Shown: positions 49,094-58,347 of the stretch, one piece after another
How the letters are laid out: every line of letters starts with the position of its first letter
Position numbering within the stretch: position 1 is the stretch's first letter
Assembly (NCBI GenBank): GCA_037439525.1
Contig: JBBIVW010000001.1
Location: forward strand, 41,802 to 105,801
Source: Anaerolineae bacterium
Lineage (GTDB): Bacteria; Chloroflexota; Anaerolineae; Anaerolineales; UBA4823
Length of the DNA: 64,000 bases
Direction of reading: 5' to 3'
The notes under the pieces: model-generated
Seen by the model: only the letters and a program-made list of their open reading frames with translations
The model's database searches: none
What the model was told of the DNA's origin: nothing
Translations under genes and position numbers: made by a program

Positions 49094-50812
49094 CTAAATC
49101 ACCTGTGAGATCATCATGGCGAGGTCAGCCGGATTGCGCAGATTGTTACCCGGCATCCACCCCAATCTGGAAGCTAAGAGAAAAATTTCTGGAGGTAACA
49201 GGGAAGCCTTGTGCAATTCATTGGGTTGGTTGAAGATCTCACTTGGTGTTCCTTCCATCAGTATTTCCCCTCCATGCATCACAATCACCCGTCGAGCAAA
49301 TTGAGCAACAAGGTCCATCTCATGGGTGATAATGATAACCGTGCTACCATTATTCACTAAGGCTTCAAGCACTCGCAGAATTTCTAAGGATTCACGTCGA
49401 TCCAAACCTGTTGTGGGTTCATCGATGATCAATACCTCGGGCTGCATGGCAACAATTGAAGCAATGGCTACTTTGGTGCGCAGACCGCGTCGCAGGCTTT
49501 TCGGAGGCAGATTAGCAAATTCATTCAGACCAAACAGGGTCAAACTTTCTTCTAAGCGAGGTTGCCACTCATCAGCACAGAGATCCATATTAACTAGACC
49601 GTATTCAAGTTCGGCATAAACCGTTTCCATAAAGAGTTGTTCGTCAGGGTTCTGAAATACATAATTGATATAACGCATCAACTTTTTCACCGGTATATTG
49701 AGCACATCATGTCCTGCAACGAAAATTCGACCTTGTGGGTTTGTTGGGCGTAAAATGCCTACAAGGTGCAGGGATAATGTGGATTTGCCGGAACCGTTTT
49801 GACCAATTATGGCTGTCAGTTCGCCTCGTTGAAATTGAACATTGACACCGCGCAACGCTTTTAGCTCACCTTCGTAAACATGTTCTACCGAACGCACATC
49901 CACGATCGTCTCTTTTTGTGAAGCTTGATGGCTGGTTGAACTAGGCATCTTTAATGGTGCGCCTTTGATTTTTTGTTCAAGAAGATGCGCCGCTTCAGTG
50001 ATCGTTAGAGGATAGGCTCCATTCCATAAACCAAGTTTGCTTAATTCCCAGAAGGTTTCGACCATGGGAGGGATTTTCACTCCGATATCGGTCAACACGG
50101 GAATATTCGTAAACACTTCTCTTGGTGTGCCATCCAAAACGATCTGCCCATGATCAAATAACAACACGCGATCAGCGAATTCCAAGATAAGCTCGGGGTT
50201 CTGCTCAGCAACGATGATAGTTGTACCAATATCAGTTGATAAATCTTTGAGTATGGCAACGATGCGCGACCTACCAATCGGATCGAGCATAGATGTCGGT
50301 TCATCTAAGACCAATATAGAGGGTCGCATTGCCAGTATTCCGGCAATCGCCAGGCTCTGTTTCTCCCCTCCTGAGAGGGTAAATGGGTTACGTTGCTCAA
50401 AACCGCTCAAGCGAGTTTTTTCAAGAGCTTCAACGATGCGCGCACGAATCTCCGAAGGAGGCAAACCGAGGTTTGAAGGTCCAAAGGCTATATCATCCTC
50501 CACAGCCAAAGAAACGATCTGCGTATCCGGGTCTTCGAAGACTAGACCGACATGTTGCGCCAGTTCTGCTACACTTGAGTGGCGCGTGTTGTAACCTTCG
50601 ACTAGTACCTCGCCTTTTAGACGACCTGGAATCTGGTGCGGGATCAGTCCATTGAGGAGCTGTAAAAAAGTGGACTTACCCGCACCAGTAGGTCCGGTTA
50701 TGACAACAAATTGCCCTTTTGGTATTTGTAAATTAAGGCTTTTTAGACTCTCCTCCTCAGAATTCCAATATGTGAACGATACATCCTTGAGTTCAACAGC
50801 GTAAGATGTCAT
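49094..50812 (-). CDS. ecfA: fused double ATPase of an ECF/ABC transporter (EcfA-EcfA')
   Basis: Two complete ABC cassettes: GPTGAGKST...LSGGEKQ...LVLDEPT and GQNGSGKST...LRRGLRT...LIIDEPT. Confidence 0.9.
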   Translation of the reverse strand: MTSYAVELKDVSFTYWNSEEESLKSLNLQIPKGQFVVITGPTGAGKSTFLQLLNGLIPHQIPGRLKGEVLVEGYNTRHSSVAELAQHVGLVFEDPDTQIVSLAVEDDIAFGPSNLGLPPSEIRARIVEALEKTRLSGFEQRNPFTLSGGEKQSLAIAGILAMRPSILVLDEPTSMLDPIGRSRIVAILKDLSTDIGTTIIVAEQNPELILEFADRVLLFDHGQIVLDGTPREVFTNIPVLTDIGVKIPPMVETFWELSKLGLWNGAYPLTITEAAHLLEQKIKGAPLKMPSSTSHQASQKETIVDVRSVEHVYEGELKALRGVNVQFQRGELTAIIGQNGSGKSTLSLHLVGILRPTNPQGRIFVAGHDVLNIPVKKLMRYINYVFQNPDEQLFMETVYAELEYGLVNMDLCADEWQPRLEESLTLFGLNEFANLPPKSLRRGLRTKVAIASIVAMQPEVLIIDEPTTGLDRRESLEILRVLEALVNNGSTVIIITHEMDLVAQFARRVIVMHGGEILMEGTPSEIFNQPNELHKASLLPPEIFLLASRLGWMPGNNLRNPADLAMMISQVI

Positions 50813-50818
50813 CGGGTT

Positions 50819-51631
50819 CTATTTCTTGGGTTCAGTCGGTTTCTCTACCATGAATCCACCAGGCGAAGTGCGATGCAAGACTTCCACAGCGCCAACGGCA
50901 ATCAAGAAGATAACCACCAGCACCATCAAGCCGCCGATTAAGTATTGGAAGGCATAAGGTAGGAAGACAGCCGCACCCTGGAAGCCGATCGCCTCTGCGA
51001 CGATGAGCACATACCAAATGATAAATCCGGTAATCAGCATGACCACATAACGCCAACTTCGTGTTTTAGCAGATGGCTGGTTTCGAATCCACTCAAAGAA
51101 AAAAACAGCGCAATATGCCACCACTACGCCATCTCCAATGCCCCAGGTGGGCAAGGTAATCAATGGGTACTCATATCCACCAACAATAAGTGTGCTGAGC
51201 ATGTAGCCGATCCAGCCTCCCAACACACCTTCGAGTAAACCAAAATACATTGCCCCAAACACTGGCATGACCGTGCGTATCGACCAACCGAGCACCGGGA
51301 TTTTGACAAATGCTAAAACGATCGTACCTGCTGCCACGAGCGCAATACGCACCACGCGATTGCTGGAGAAAATATCGATCTTCATCCCCTCTTCGTACCA
51401 TGGCACCAACCATTTTTTGTGATAGCTAAAGTACCCCCACATCATAACAATCAAACCAATGTCAACCAGGTGCCAGATATAGTAAAGGACGATTCTGCCT
51501 GGGGAGCGAGGTACGCCGGCATTCAATGGTGTGTTGAGTCCAATGATATAGAGCACGATACCGATAATTACCAAAACCAATCCAACCTTCATTGCCCCGG
51601 ATTTCTGAAAAACTTGCGATAACTTGTTCAT
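50819..51631 (-). CDS. multi-TM protein, probable ECF substrate-capture (S) component with two extra N-terminal TM segments
   Basis: 270-aa hydrophobic protein directly upstream of ecfA-ecfT. The assignment rests on position and topology only. Confidence 0.5.
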   Translation of the reverse strand: MNKLSQVFQKSGAMKVGLVLVIIGIVLYIIGLNTPLNAGVPRSPGRIVLYYIWHLVDIGLIVMMWGYFSYHKKWLVPWYEEGMKIDIFSSNRVVRIALVAAGTIVLAFVKIPVLGWSIRTVMPVFGAMYFGLLEGVLGGWIGYMLSTLIVGGYEYPLITLPTWGIGDGVVVAYCAVFFFEWIRNQPSAKTRSWRYVVMLITGFIIWYVLIVAEAIGFQGAAVFLPYAFQYLIGGLMVLVVIFLIAVGAVEVLHRTSPGGFMVEKPTEPKK

Positions 51632-51744
51632 CGTTCATCCTCCTTGGATAATTTAATAAGATTCAACAATAGAAATCCACATCATTTCCTACGATTCACC
51701 TCCTAACATTTGCATCATCCTCAAAAAAGATTGAGCATTTACAT

Positions 51745-52614
51745 TCACGATTCCAAGCCAAGCAATTTAGCTGCATTGGAATAAAGCCACATTTCTTTAA
51801 CCTCATCTTTGAGCGGTAGCGCACAAACTTCGGAGACAGCTTCCTCTAGAGAAATAAGCGGCCAGGCTGAGGCAAATAAAATACGATCTTTGAGAATAGT
51901 ATTGCCATAATGTAACAAAGTTTCCCACCCCGTATTTTGCTTAGCAAAATATTTGGGGCGCATCGCAGCGATCTTGATGTACACATTTGGGTGTCGCCAG
52001 GCAACAGCCATCAATTCGGCCACCCATGGCCATCCGGGGGTTGAAGCAATCAATGTCAACTCGGGGAAGTCAACCGCCACCTCATCCAAATACAATGGGT
52101 GACTCAAGCTCATTTTTACTCCCCGAGCGAAGTTAATCGAACAGTGTATCGAAACCGGTACGCCTAGTTCGGCACATTTTGCATATAATGGGTAATATTT
52201 CTTGTGGTTAGTGGGAAGGTCATATTCATAAGGCTCTAGTGATAATCCGCGTAAGCCTAATTCAACAATGCTTCTTTGTAATTCTTTTACGGCTGCCATT
52301 CCCTTGTAGGGGTCAACCCCAGCAAAACCGACAAAACGATCTGGATAGCGTTGTACCAGTTCTCCAACCACCTCGTTTGGAATCTTGCGCTGATGCCGCG
52401 TTTCATTATCGGTGGCATGAATCACTGCCATGTGAACATTATGAGCCGTAAGATAGCCTAAAAACTCTTCTAAGGGTTTTTGGTAATAACTCATCGCGCT
52501 CATAATGCGCTCACCATACAAATGTGCATAGCCCAGTAAATGCGCGGGCGGATTGATGTAATCATCAAAAAACGGGGATATCGGAGGCGTGATCGAAAAA
52601 TCAATGACCTTCAT
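51745..52614 (-). CDS. amidohydrolase_2 (ACMSD/TIM-barrel metallo-hydrolase-like) family protein, atypical motifs
   Basis: Length and pattern fit the amidohydrolase-2 fold (GFAGVDPYKG, GVPVSIHCS). The N-terminus reads VIDFSITPP and the C-terminal motif reads FASAWP, rather than HxH and xxDxP. Confidence 0.65.
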   Translation of the reverse strand: MKVIDFSITPPISPFFDDYINPPAHLLGYAHLYGERIMSAMSYYQKPLEEFLGYLTAHNVHMAVIHATDNETRHQRKIPNEVVGELVQRYPDRFVGFAGVDPYKGMAAVKELQRSIVELGLRGLSLEPYEYDLPTNHKKYYPLYAKCAELGVPVSIHCSINFARGVKMSLSHPLYLDEVAVDFPELTLIASTPGWPWVAELMAVAWRHPNVYIKIAAMRPKYFAKQNTGWETLLHYGNTILKDRILFASAWPLISLEEAVSEVCALPLKDEVKEMWLYSNAAKLLGLES

Positions 52615-52663
52615 AATTTGCCTTTTTATTCATTAATTGACAACTGCATTAAAAAAAAACCGA

Positions 52664-53311
52664 CTAATCTGCCTGCGCACTTTTTACCAACAAGGGCGGT
52701 AGGTTCCCATGGAGTAAGCCTGATACCCATAGCTCAGTGAAGTAGGCAACAATTTCGCTAAAAGTGAGCGAACCATCATCGTTGTACCAATAGATAATCG
52801 AAAGGCAAGACCAGATCAACGCTTTGACGGTAGGAGCAACTTCAACGGGACGAAAAGTGCCCTCCTGAATACCCTGAGAAATGACGCGTTTCAAGATTCC
52901 CTCAAAGCGATCGTATAAAGCGACAGCTTGTCGATGTTGTTCTTCAGACAACCGACAGAGTTCTGCTTGGGTGATGACCATGTCTTTGCGGCGATTTCCC
53001 AGGAATTTAATGTAAGCACCAATCAATTCCGCTAGTTTAGCCTGGGTGGGTAAATCTGTTCGCACATCGATCTGCTCGACGATTTCTACCAAATCATTTA
53101 ATGTTTGGAGCACAATGGATTGCAAGATAGCTTCTTTGCTCGAAAAGTAGTAATACAGTGTGGCGGAATTCAACCCCACTCGCTTACCTATTTCCCGGAT
53201 GGTTGTCGCGACATAGCCTTTCTCTGAGAAAGCTTCAATGCTGGCGTTGAGAATTTCACGACGCATATCCATAGAATAAAAATTTTGCTTGGGATTAGTT
53301 TGTATTTTCAT
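52664..53311 (-). CDS. TetR/AcrR family transcriptional regulator
   Basis: ILNASIEAFSEKGYVATTIREIGKRVGLNSATLYYYFSSKEAIL is a TetR HTH. Confidence 0.85.
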   Translation of the reverse strand: MKIQTNPKQNFYSMDMRREILNASIEAFSEKGYVATTIREIGKRVGLNSATLYYYFSSKEAILQSIVLQTLNDLVEIVEQIDVRTDLPTQAKLAELIGAYIKFLGNRRKDMVITQAELCRLSEEQHRQAVALYDRFEGILKRVISQGIQEGTFRPVEVAPTVKALIWSCLSIIYWYNDDGSLTFSEIVAYFTELWVSGLLHGNLPPLLVKSAQAD

Positions 53312-53320
53312 TTCATCTTA

Positions 53321-53363
53321 ATTCTATCATACGCTTGACAGTCTGTCAAGCGTATGATAGAAT
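53321..53363. promoter_or_regulatory. perfect 43-bp palindrome: probable TetR operator overlapping two divergent promoters
   Basis: attctatcatacgcttgacag-t-ctgtcaagcgtatgatagaat, with 21-bp arms and no mismatch. On each strand it reads TTGACA, 17 nt, TAGAAT (plus strand: 53335-53340 and 53358-53363). Confidence 0.6.
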
Positions 53364-53443
53364 AGTATTCGCTGCCTGTAAACCTATATTTAGTAAGGAA
53401 CGTTCATTTCCCCTGTGAGTAAAAATTTGATGAGGCGGAATGC

Positions 53444-55030
53444 ATGCTTAAACCAATAGAATCTCTCGGAAAGCCTACTGATTTTCTCCCTGAAAACGTT
53501 GGAACTTTGTTGCGTAATGCCGTTTCGCGTTTTGGTAATCGCCCAGCACTGCACTTTGAAGGGTACGATGAGCTCACATACGCGCAAGTTGGTGCGTTAA
53601 CTGCAGGCACAAGGGATTTCCTTTTCAGTCTTGGTTTAAAGAAAGGCGACCGTGTTCTAGCAGCCATCGACAATCGCCCCGCTTTCCAGATTCTTTGGCT
53701 AACATGCGCAGACGCTGGCTTGGTTTTCGTTCCTATGAATCCAGCCTATGGTATCTCTGACGCTCACCATGTCATATCGGACTCCGACCCTGCTGTAGCG
53801 ATCTGGATGGCAAACACCTATGACCGCCTCGCTTCTTACTTGCCTAAAAATACCATTCCCCTTCTTATCGATGAACCCAGACCAGGTGCCGAACTCTTTG
53901 AATTGATTGAAGGTGATTGGAGCACCTTGGGCAGAGGGGTGACTCAATCCGATTTTTTCACCATTGGTTATACATCCGGTACAACCGGATTACCAAAAGG
54001 ATGTATTGCAGATCACCTACACTGGTTACTACTTGCAAAGTTGCTCGCGTGGGGTCTCGAGTTAGACGAAAGTGACCGTTTGCTCACCGCGCAACCATGC
54101 TTCTATGGCGATCCACAATATAATCTAGTAGCTGTATTGTGGGCTGGAGCGCATCTAACCGTCCTATCCCGCTTTAGTTCTTCAACCTTTTGGAAAAAAG
54201 TAAAGGAATCCAAAGCAACAAAGTTTTGGGCGATAGGCACCATGCCCGCAATGTTGATGAATACCCCTCCAGAAGATGGAGAAAAAGAGCATCACTTGGT
54301 TGCTGCCTGGTGTCTGGGTGTACCCAGGCCATTGCATAAAGCCATGGAAGAGCGTTTCAATGTGCGCTGGCTGGAAGCCTTTGGTACATCAGAAACAGGC
54401 GTAAACATGGCAGAACGCATCGGTAGCAAACCAGAATATGGCGAAGGTTGGTTAGGAGAGCCTATCCCTTACACTGAAGTGCGTCTTGTAGATTACGATG
54501 GAAAGTTGATCGAAGGCGATGGTGAGGGGTTTGTGGAATTCAAAACCCCCTTGTTGGTACGCGGCTATTGGAGTGGTAAGACTCACACAGTAAAAGAATT
54601 CCCTCCCGAAAGTTGGTTCCGCACAGGAGATATCTTTGAAAGAGTTAATGCTAAGTATCGCTTTGTACGGCGCGAAAAAGACATCATCCGTCGGTCTGGA
54701 GAGAATATCTCCTGTCGTGAAGTGGAAGAGGTGCTGCGTAGCCATCCGCAGATCATAGATGCTGCAGTAATTCCCAGCCCCGACGAAATCCGAGGAGAGG
54801 AAGTTTGGGCATTCATCCAACCTAAAGAAGAAGCAATAAATCACATTCCAAGCCCCAATGAATTAGCTGCCTTCGCTTTGAAACGTTTGGCGAAGCATAA
54901 AGTCCCACGATATTTAACTTACGTAAACAGTTTCCCGATGACACCTTCCGAGAGAATCGAAAAGCATAAACTTCCTACCCTTGTTTCCCCTGGTCAAACA
55001 TACGATCGTGTACAAGAAAAATGGATTTAG
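53444..55030 (+). CDS. AMP-dependent acyl-CoA synthetase/ligase (class I adenylate-forming enzyme)
   Basis: GYTSGTTGLPKG AMP-binding motif. FRTGDIF and a C-terminal RLAKHKVPR motif. Confidence 0.85.
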   Translation: MLKPIESLGKPTDFLPENVGTLLRNAVSRFGNRPALHFEGYDELTYAQVGALTAGTRDFLFSLGLKKGDRVLAAIDNRPAFQILWLTCADAGLVFVPMNPAYGISDAHHVISDSDPAVAIWMANTYDRLASYLPKNTIPLLIDEPRPGAELFELIEGDWSTLGRGVTQSDFFTIGYTSGTTGLPKGCIADHLHWLLLAKLLAWGLELDESDRLLTAQPCFYGDPQYNLVAVLWAGAHLTVLSRFSSSTFWKKVKESKATKFWAIGTMPAMLMNTPPEDGEKEHHLVAAWCLGVPRPLHKAMEERFNVRWLEAFGTSETGVNMAERIGSKPEYGEGWLGEPIPYTEVRLVDYDGKLIEGDGEGFVEFKTPLLVRGYWSGKTHTVKEFPPESWFRTGDIFERVNAKYRFVRREKDIIRRSGENISCREVEEVLRSHPQIIDAAVIPSPDEIRGEEVWAFIQPKEEAINHIPSPNELAAFALKRLAKHKVPRYLTYVNSFPMTPSERIEKHKLPTLVSPGQTYDRVQEKWI

Positions 55031-55160
55031 CGCTTTCTTTAATCTGGCTGGGAGGGTAGCTCAACATATGGATAAGTCATTGGGTAAATTTGCTATCGAG
55101 CCTTTGCGCAAAAACCGGTCCTTAATTCCCCTTGCCACTCCCTTATGAGTGGGCGCCTGC

Positions 55161-55575
55161 TTACTTTGACCCTTTGAGTTGAAGGCCGAACAAAGCGCTT
55201 AGATATCTGCGCGCGGAAAACGGCTGACCGGAAAGCAAGTTTTGAACATCAAATAAGCGCGCCACCACGTTGATAATACACACCGCTGATAGTCCCAACA
55301 AGCCGAGGGATAGGAGGATCTGCCACAGCGGAACCGCTTCTTCCAAAATACGTAACACCATGACGATGGGCGCGGTCAACGGGAAGATGCTCATCACTAC
55401 AACCCAGAGCTCAAATGGCGTCCCGGCGATATAGGCAAACATCCCAATCAGATATCCAATCAACAGGGGAAGCGAGGCCAAAAATTTCGCCGCGCTCAAT
55501 CTCAAAGGAAACATCAGACACGGCTTGCATTTCCCCGAAGGATTTGGCGATATGTTCTACAAAAACAATGGGCAT
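55161..55575 (-). pseudogene. deletion scar of an ABC-2 transporter operon (ATPase N-terminus joined out of frame to the permease C-terminus)
   Basis: An AAGGAG SD precedes ATG 55575, giving MPIVFVEHIAKSFGEMQAVSDVSFEIERGEIFGL, which stops matching just before the expected Walker A. The 117-aa ORF (55161-55514), in another frame, is the C-terminal part of an ABC-2 permease. Confidence 0.6.
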
Positions 55576-55726
55576 TGGATTAACTCCTTACGCTTTTTGG
55601 CGATTCCCCTTTATCGAAATCTCATGAAGTGTATCACAATATGACAATTAATCGATTACAAAATCTGGGGGGCGAAATCAAATCACCTCACCTTTTTCTC
55701 TACAACGGTTATTCAGAAAAAATCGT

Positions 55727-56272
55727 TCAGTTCAAGAATATCCATCCCAACACTAACAGGATGACGATAAGTATCGTACTAATCCACAACCAGCCTCCGG
55801 CGTCAGCAGGACCATTTCCGACCCCTTTTACGGCTATACGAACTATGGGGAGTTTGTCGGCAACCTGCGCGAGTTGCTCCTGCGAGGCGCGCCGTGGGTT
55901 AAAGCCATAGAAAAAGCCGGCAAAACCGGCGTTGACCATCACCTGGCGAAATATTTCGACCTTTTCCTCGCCCTGGGGGACTTCCTCAGCGCTTCCCCAC
56001 CAGGCACCGCCGGGCATGATCAATTCCAGTTCGGGATTGGCGCGGAGGTTGCGATACCAATGCGTGCGCTCGCCTAAGCCCGCGACACAATAGACATGCC
56101 CTTTATGGATGGCGTAATTCACCGGGGCAAAACGCACTGTTCCGCTCTTGTGTCCAATGGTTTTGAGCACCATGATGTAGCCAGTAAACGGGTTTACCAT
56201 AAATTTGCCCAATCCCAGACGAAAGAGTGGAATCATGAAAAAACGGTTCAACAGACGGAACATTGTTCGCAT
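55727..56272 (-). CDS. DUF385 / deazaflavin (F420H2)-dependent nitroreductase-family protein with C-terminal TM
   Basis: VLKTIGHKSGTVRFAPVNYAIHKGHVYCVAGLGERTHWYRNLRANPE is typical of the family. Start moved to ATG 56272 with a GGAGGAG SD. Confidence 0.75.
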   Translation of the reverse strand: MRTMFRLLNRFFMIPLFRLGLGKFMVNPFTGYIMVLKTIGHKSGTVRFAPVNYAIHKGHVYCVAGLGERTHWYRNLRANPELELIMPGGAWWGSAEEVPQGEEKVEIFRQVMVNAGFAGFFYGFNPRRASQEQLAQVADKLPIVRIAVKGVGNGPADAGGWLWISTILIVILLVLGWIFLN

Positions 56273-56365
56273 AATCTCCTCCTGATCAGAGCTTCCAGGA
56301 AACGGATGATGACCTCGGCAAGCTAAGGTGCTATACCATTCCTTGGAAACTCGAAAGGAATGCAA

Positions 56366-56389
56366 CTGCCCAGGCTAACGCCTGGGCAG
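56366..56389 (-). terminator. possible intrinsic terminator after rubrerythrin
   Basis: ctgcccaggc / gcctgggcag 10-bp GC-rich stem with a 4-nt loop, 8 nt past the rbr stop. The downstream tract is only moderately T-rich. Confidence 0.4.
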
Positions 56390-56396
56390 ATCAACT

Positions 56397-56894
56397 CTAG
56401 ATCAACAGAAAGGATTTTGCTTTCGCTCCGCAAATCGGGCATTGTTCCGGCGGTGCTCCAAATTCTATATATCCGCATACCGGACAGAGATAGAAATTTG
56501 TCTCAACGAGGTCCTCCCCCTTTTCGACTGCTTCGAGCGCCTTGGCATACAGTCTGGCATGAACCTCTTCGGCTTTAACGGCATATTGGAACATCTTTTT
56601 GGCTTTATCCTCCTCCCGTTCAGCCTGTTCAAGCATGGGAGGATACATTTCGGTGTACTCGTAAGTCTCCCCGTTTATCGCCGCCCTAAGGTTGTCCACC
56701 GTGCTCCCAATTCCATCGAGTGCTTTTAAATGACCTGCAGCGTGGACGCGCTCAGCTTCGGCTGTGGTGCGGAACAGGCGGGCGATATTCGGGAATCCAT
56801 CGCGCTCAGCCTGTTTGGCAAAAGCCATATATTTTTGGTAAGCCTGGCTCTCACCGGCAAATGCTTGTTTGAGATTCTCTTTTGTTTCCGTCAT
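56397..56894 (-). CDS. rbr: rubrerythrin
   Basis: Ferritin-like diiron region (FAGESQAYQKY, EAERVHA) plus a C-terminal rubredoxin CPVCG...CPICG. Confidence 0.9.
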   Translation of the reverse strand: MTETKENLKQAFAGESQAYQKYMAFAKQAERDGFPNIARLFRTTAEAERVHAAGHLKALDGIGSTVDNLRAAINGETYEYTEMYPPMLEQAEREEDKAKKMFQYAVKAEEVHARLYAKALEAVEKGEDLVETNFYLCPVCGYIEFGAPPEQCPICGAKAKSFLLI

Positions 56895-56967
56895 TTCATG
56901 CTCCTTCTTGATTTTTCACGAATAATTCAATCGTCTCTCTTATGAAACCTCACACTCAATGGTTGGT

Positions 56968-58347
56968 TTACTCGCGCACAAGGGCAAAATCGAATTCAAA
57001 TGGGCGATCCAGCCCATCTGCAACCAGTAATTCCCCACCCTCGATATCGCCCAAGAAGAGCTGAATTCCTTCAGGCAAGTGGCGGGAAAACAAAAAGCGC
57101 GTGGCATCCACCCAGCGTACGTTAGTAATACCTATTGGATTGGCGGTCAAAGGTTGCGCATCACCGTGCACCTCTCCCAGCCATGCTTGCTGATCTGGGC
57201 CAGTGTAATAGATAAAGTGCAAGCCATCGGGTGACCACCCCCAAAAAAGCAGCAAGGCATCCGAGGCATACGGCACAGGTTGCAGCTCATCGAGCTGGGC
57301 GATCATTAGCACGCGCATTCCAGAATCAGCTTCTTCCTGGATAAACGCCATGTGCGTTAAAGTGGGGGCAAAGGTAATAGGGGTGTCGAAAAATGGCACT
57401 GCCTGAACCTCGCCCACTTTTGTCGCCAGCGCCCCATCAACGGCGATACGCCATATTTCCGTCGGCTGAGGTGGTGTCGCCAGGGGATCAGAAGGTGGAA
57501 GGGCGAAAATAATCTCCCTGCCTGCCGGTGACCAGACCGGTTGGGCGTAAAAGCGATAGTCGCTGTAGGTGTTGACCAATGCATAGTGCATCACCACACG
57601 ATACTCACTCCCATCCGCTTTCGATAGAATGATCTGCTGAGGGTTGCTGATGGCGATATGTTCCCCATCGGGAGAATAGACAAACATGCCCCCCCAACCC
57701 GCCAGCAGCAGGAAGGTCAGCGAACGCTGAGCGACATCGTACAGGTTGAGGTCATCCAAGAGGGCAACACCAGGTCCTTGGAAGACCTGCTGCGTGTTGA
57801 ACGTGAGCATGTGGCTGCCTGGCTTCCATGCCATCTGGTAAGGCATGACGCCGACTGCATCTGGACTGAGTGCGCCTCCGCCAATGGTTTGCAGGTCTTC
57901 TAGGCTCACCGCCTGCCACGCTTGCTGTGTATTCAGGTCAATCATCCAGATCGTACTATACGCCTCGCTCACCGGGCGTTGATAGGCGACATAGCGCCCA
58001 TCGGGAGAAAGAACAGGCTGATAAATTGGGGTAGGCGCGTTCAGGCGTAGCGCGTGCTGGTCACGCCAAAGCCAAAGTTCTTGATTTTTCACATAGACCA
58101 GGCGCACATCCCGACTATGGGGGGTAGCTACCACGACTGGCGGAATGGTGAAGGTAGTCACGGCAGTTACCAGAGTAGTATCCGAGGACGATGGCGTTAC
58201 CTCCTGAGTGGCAGGTTGCGTCAGAATAGCCAGCGGGGTTGGCGTAGTCGTATCCACCTGGCAAGCACTTAGCCAGATCATCCCAAAAGCCAGAATCATT
58301 ACCCCCCAATGGGTGAAGGGGGTATGCCACAAGTTGTGAGAATTCAA
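56968..58347 (-). CDS. TolB-like beta-propeller (PD40/WD40-like repeat) lipoprotein
   Basis: Lipobox MILAFGMIWLSAC and repeated SPDGRYVAY / SPDGEHIA / SPDGLHF motifs. The first ~130 codons of the ORF track overlap the upstream gene. Start is either TTG 58347 (TTGA overlap) or ATG 58299. Confidence 0.6.
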   Translation of the reverse strand: MNSHNLWHTPFTHWGVMILAFGMIWLSACQVDTTTPTPLAILTQPATQEVTPSSSDTTLVTAVTTFTIPPVVVATPHSRDVRLVYVKNQELWLWRDQHALRLNAPTPIYQPVLSPDGRYVAYQRPVSEAYSTIWMIDLNTQQAWQAVSLEDLQTIGGGALSPDAVGVMPYQMAWKPGSHMLTFNTQQVFQGPGVALLDDLNLYDVAQRSLTFLLLAGWGGMFVYSPDGEHIAISNPQQIILSKADGSEYRVVMHYALVNTYSDYRFYAQPVWSPAGREIIFALPPSDPLATPPQPTEIWRIAVDGALATKVGEVQAVPFFDTPITFAPTLTHMAFIQEEADSGMRVLMIAQLDELQPVPYASDALLLFWGWSPDGLHFIYYTGPDQQAWLGEVHGDAQPLTANPIGITNVRWVDATRFLFSRHLPEGIQLFLGDIEGGELLVADGLDRPFEFDFALVRE

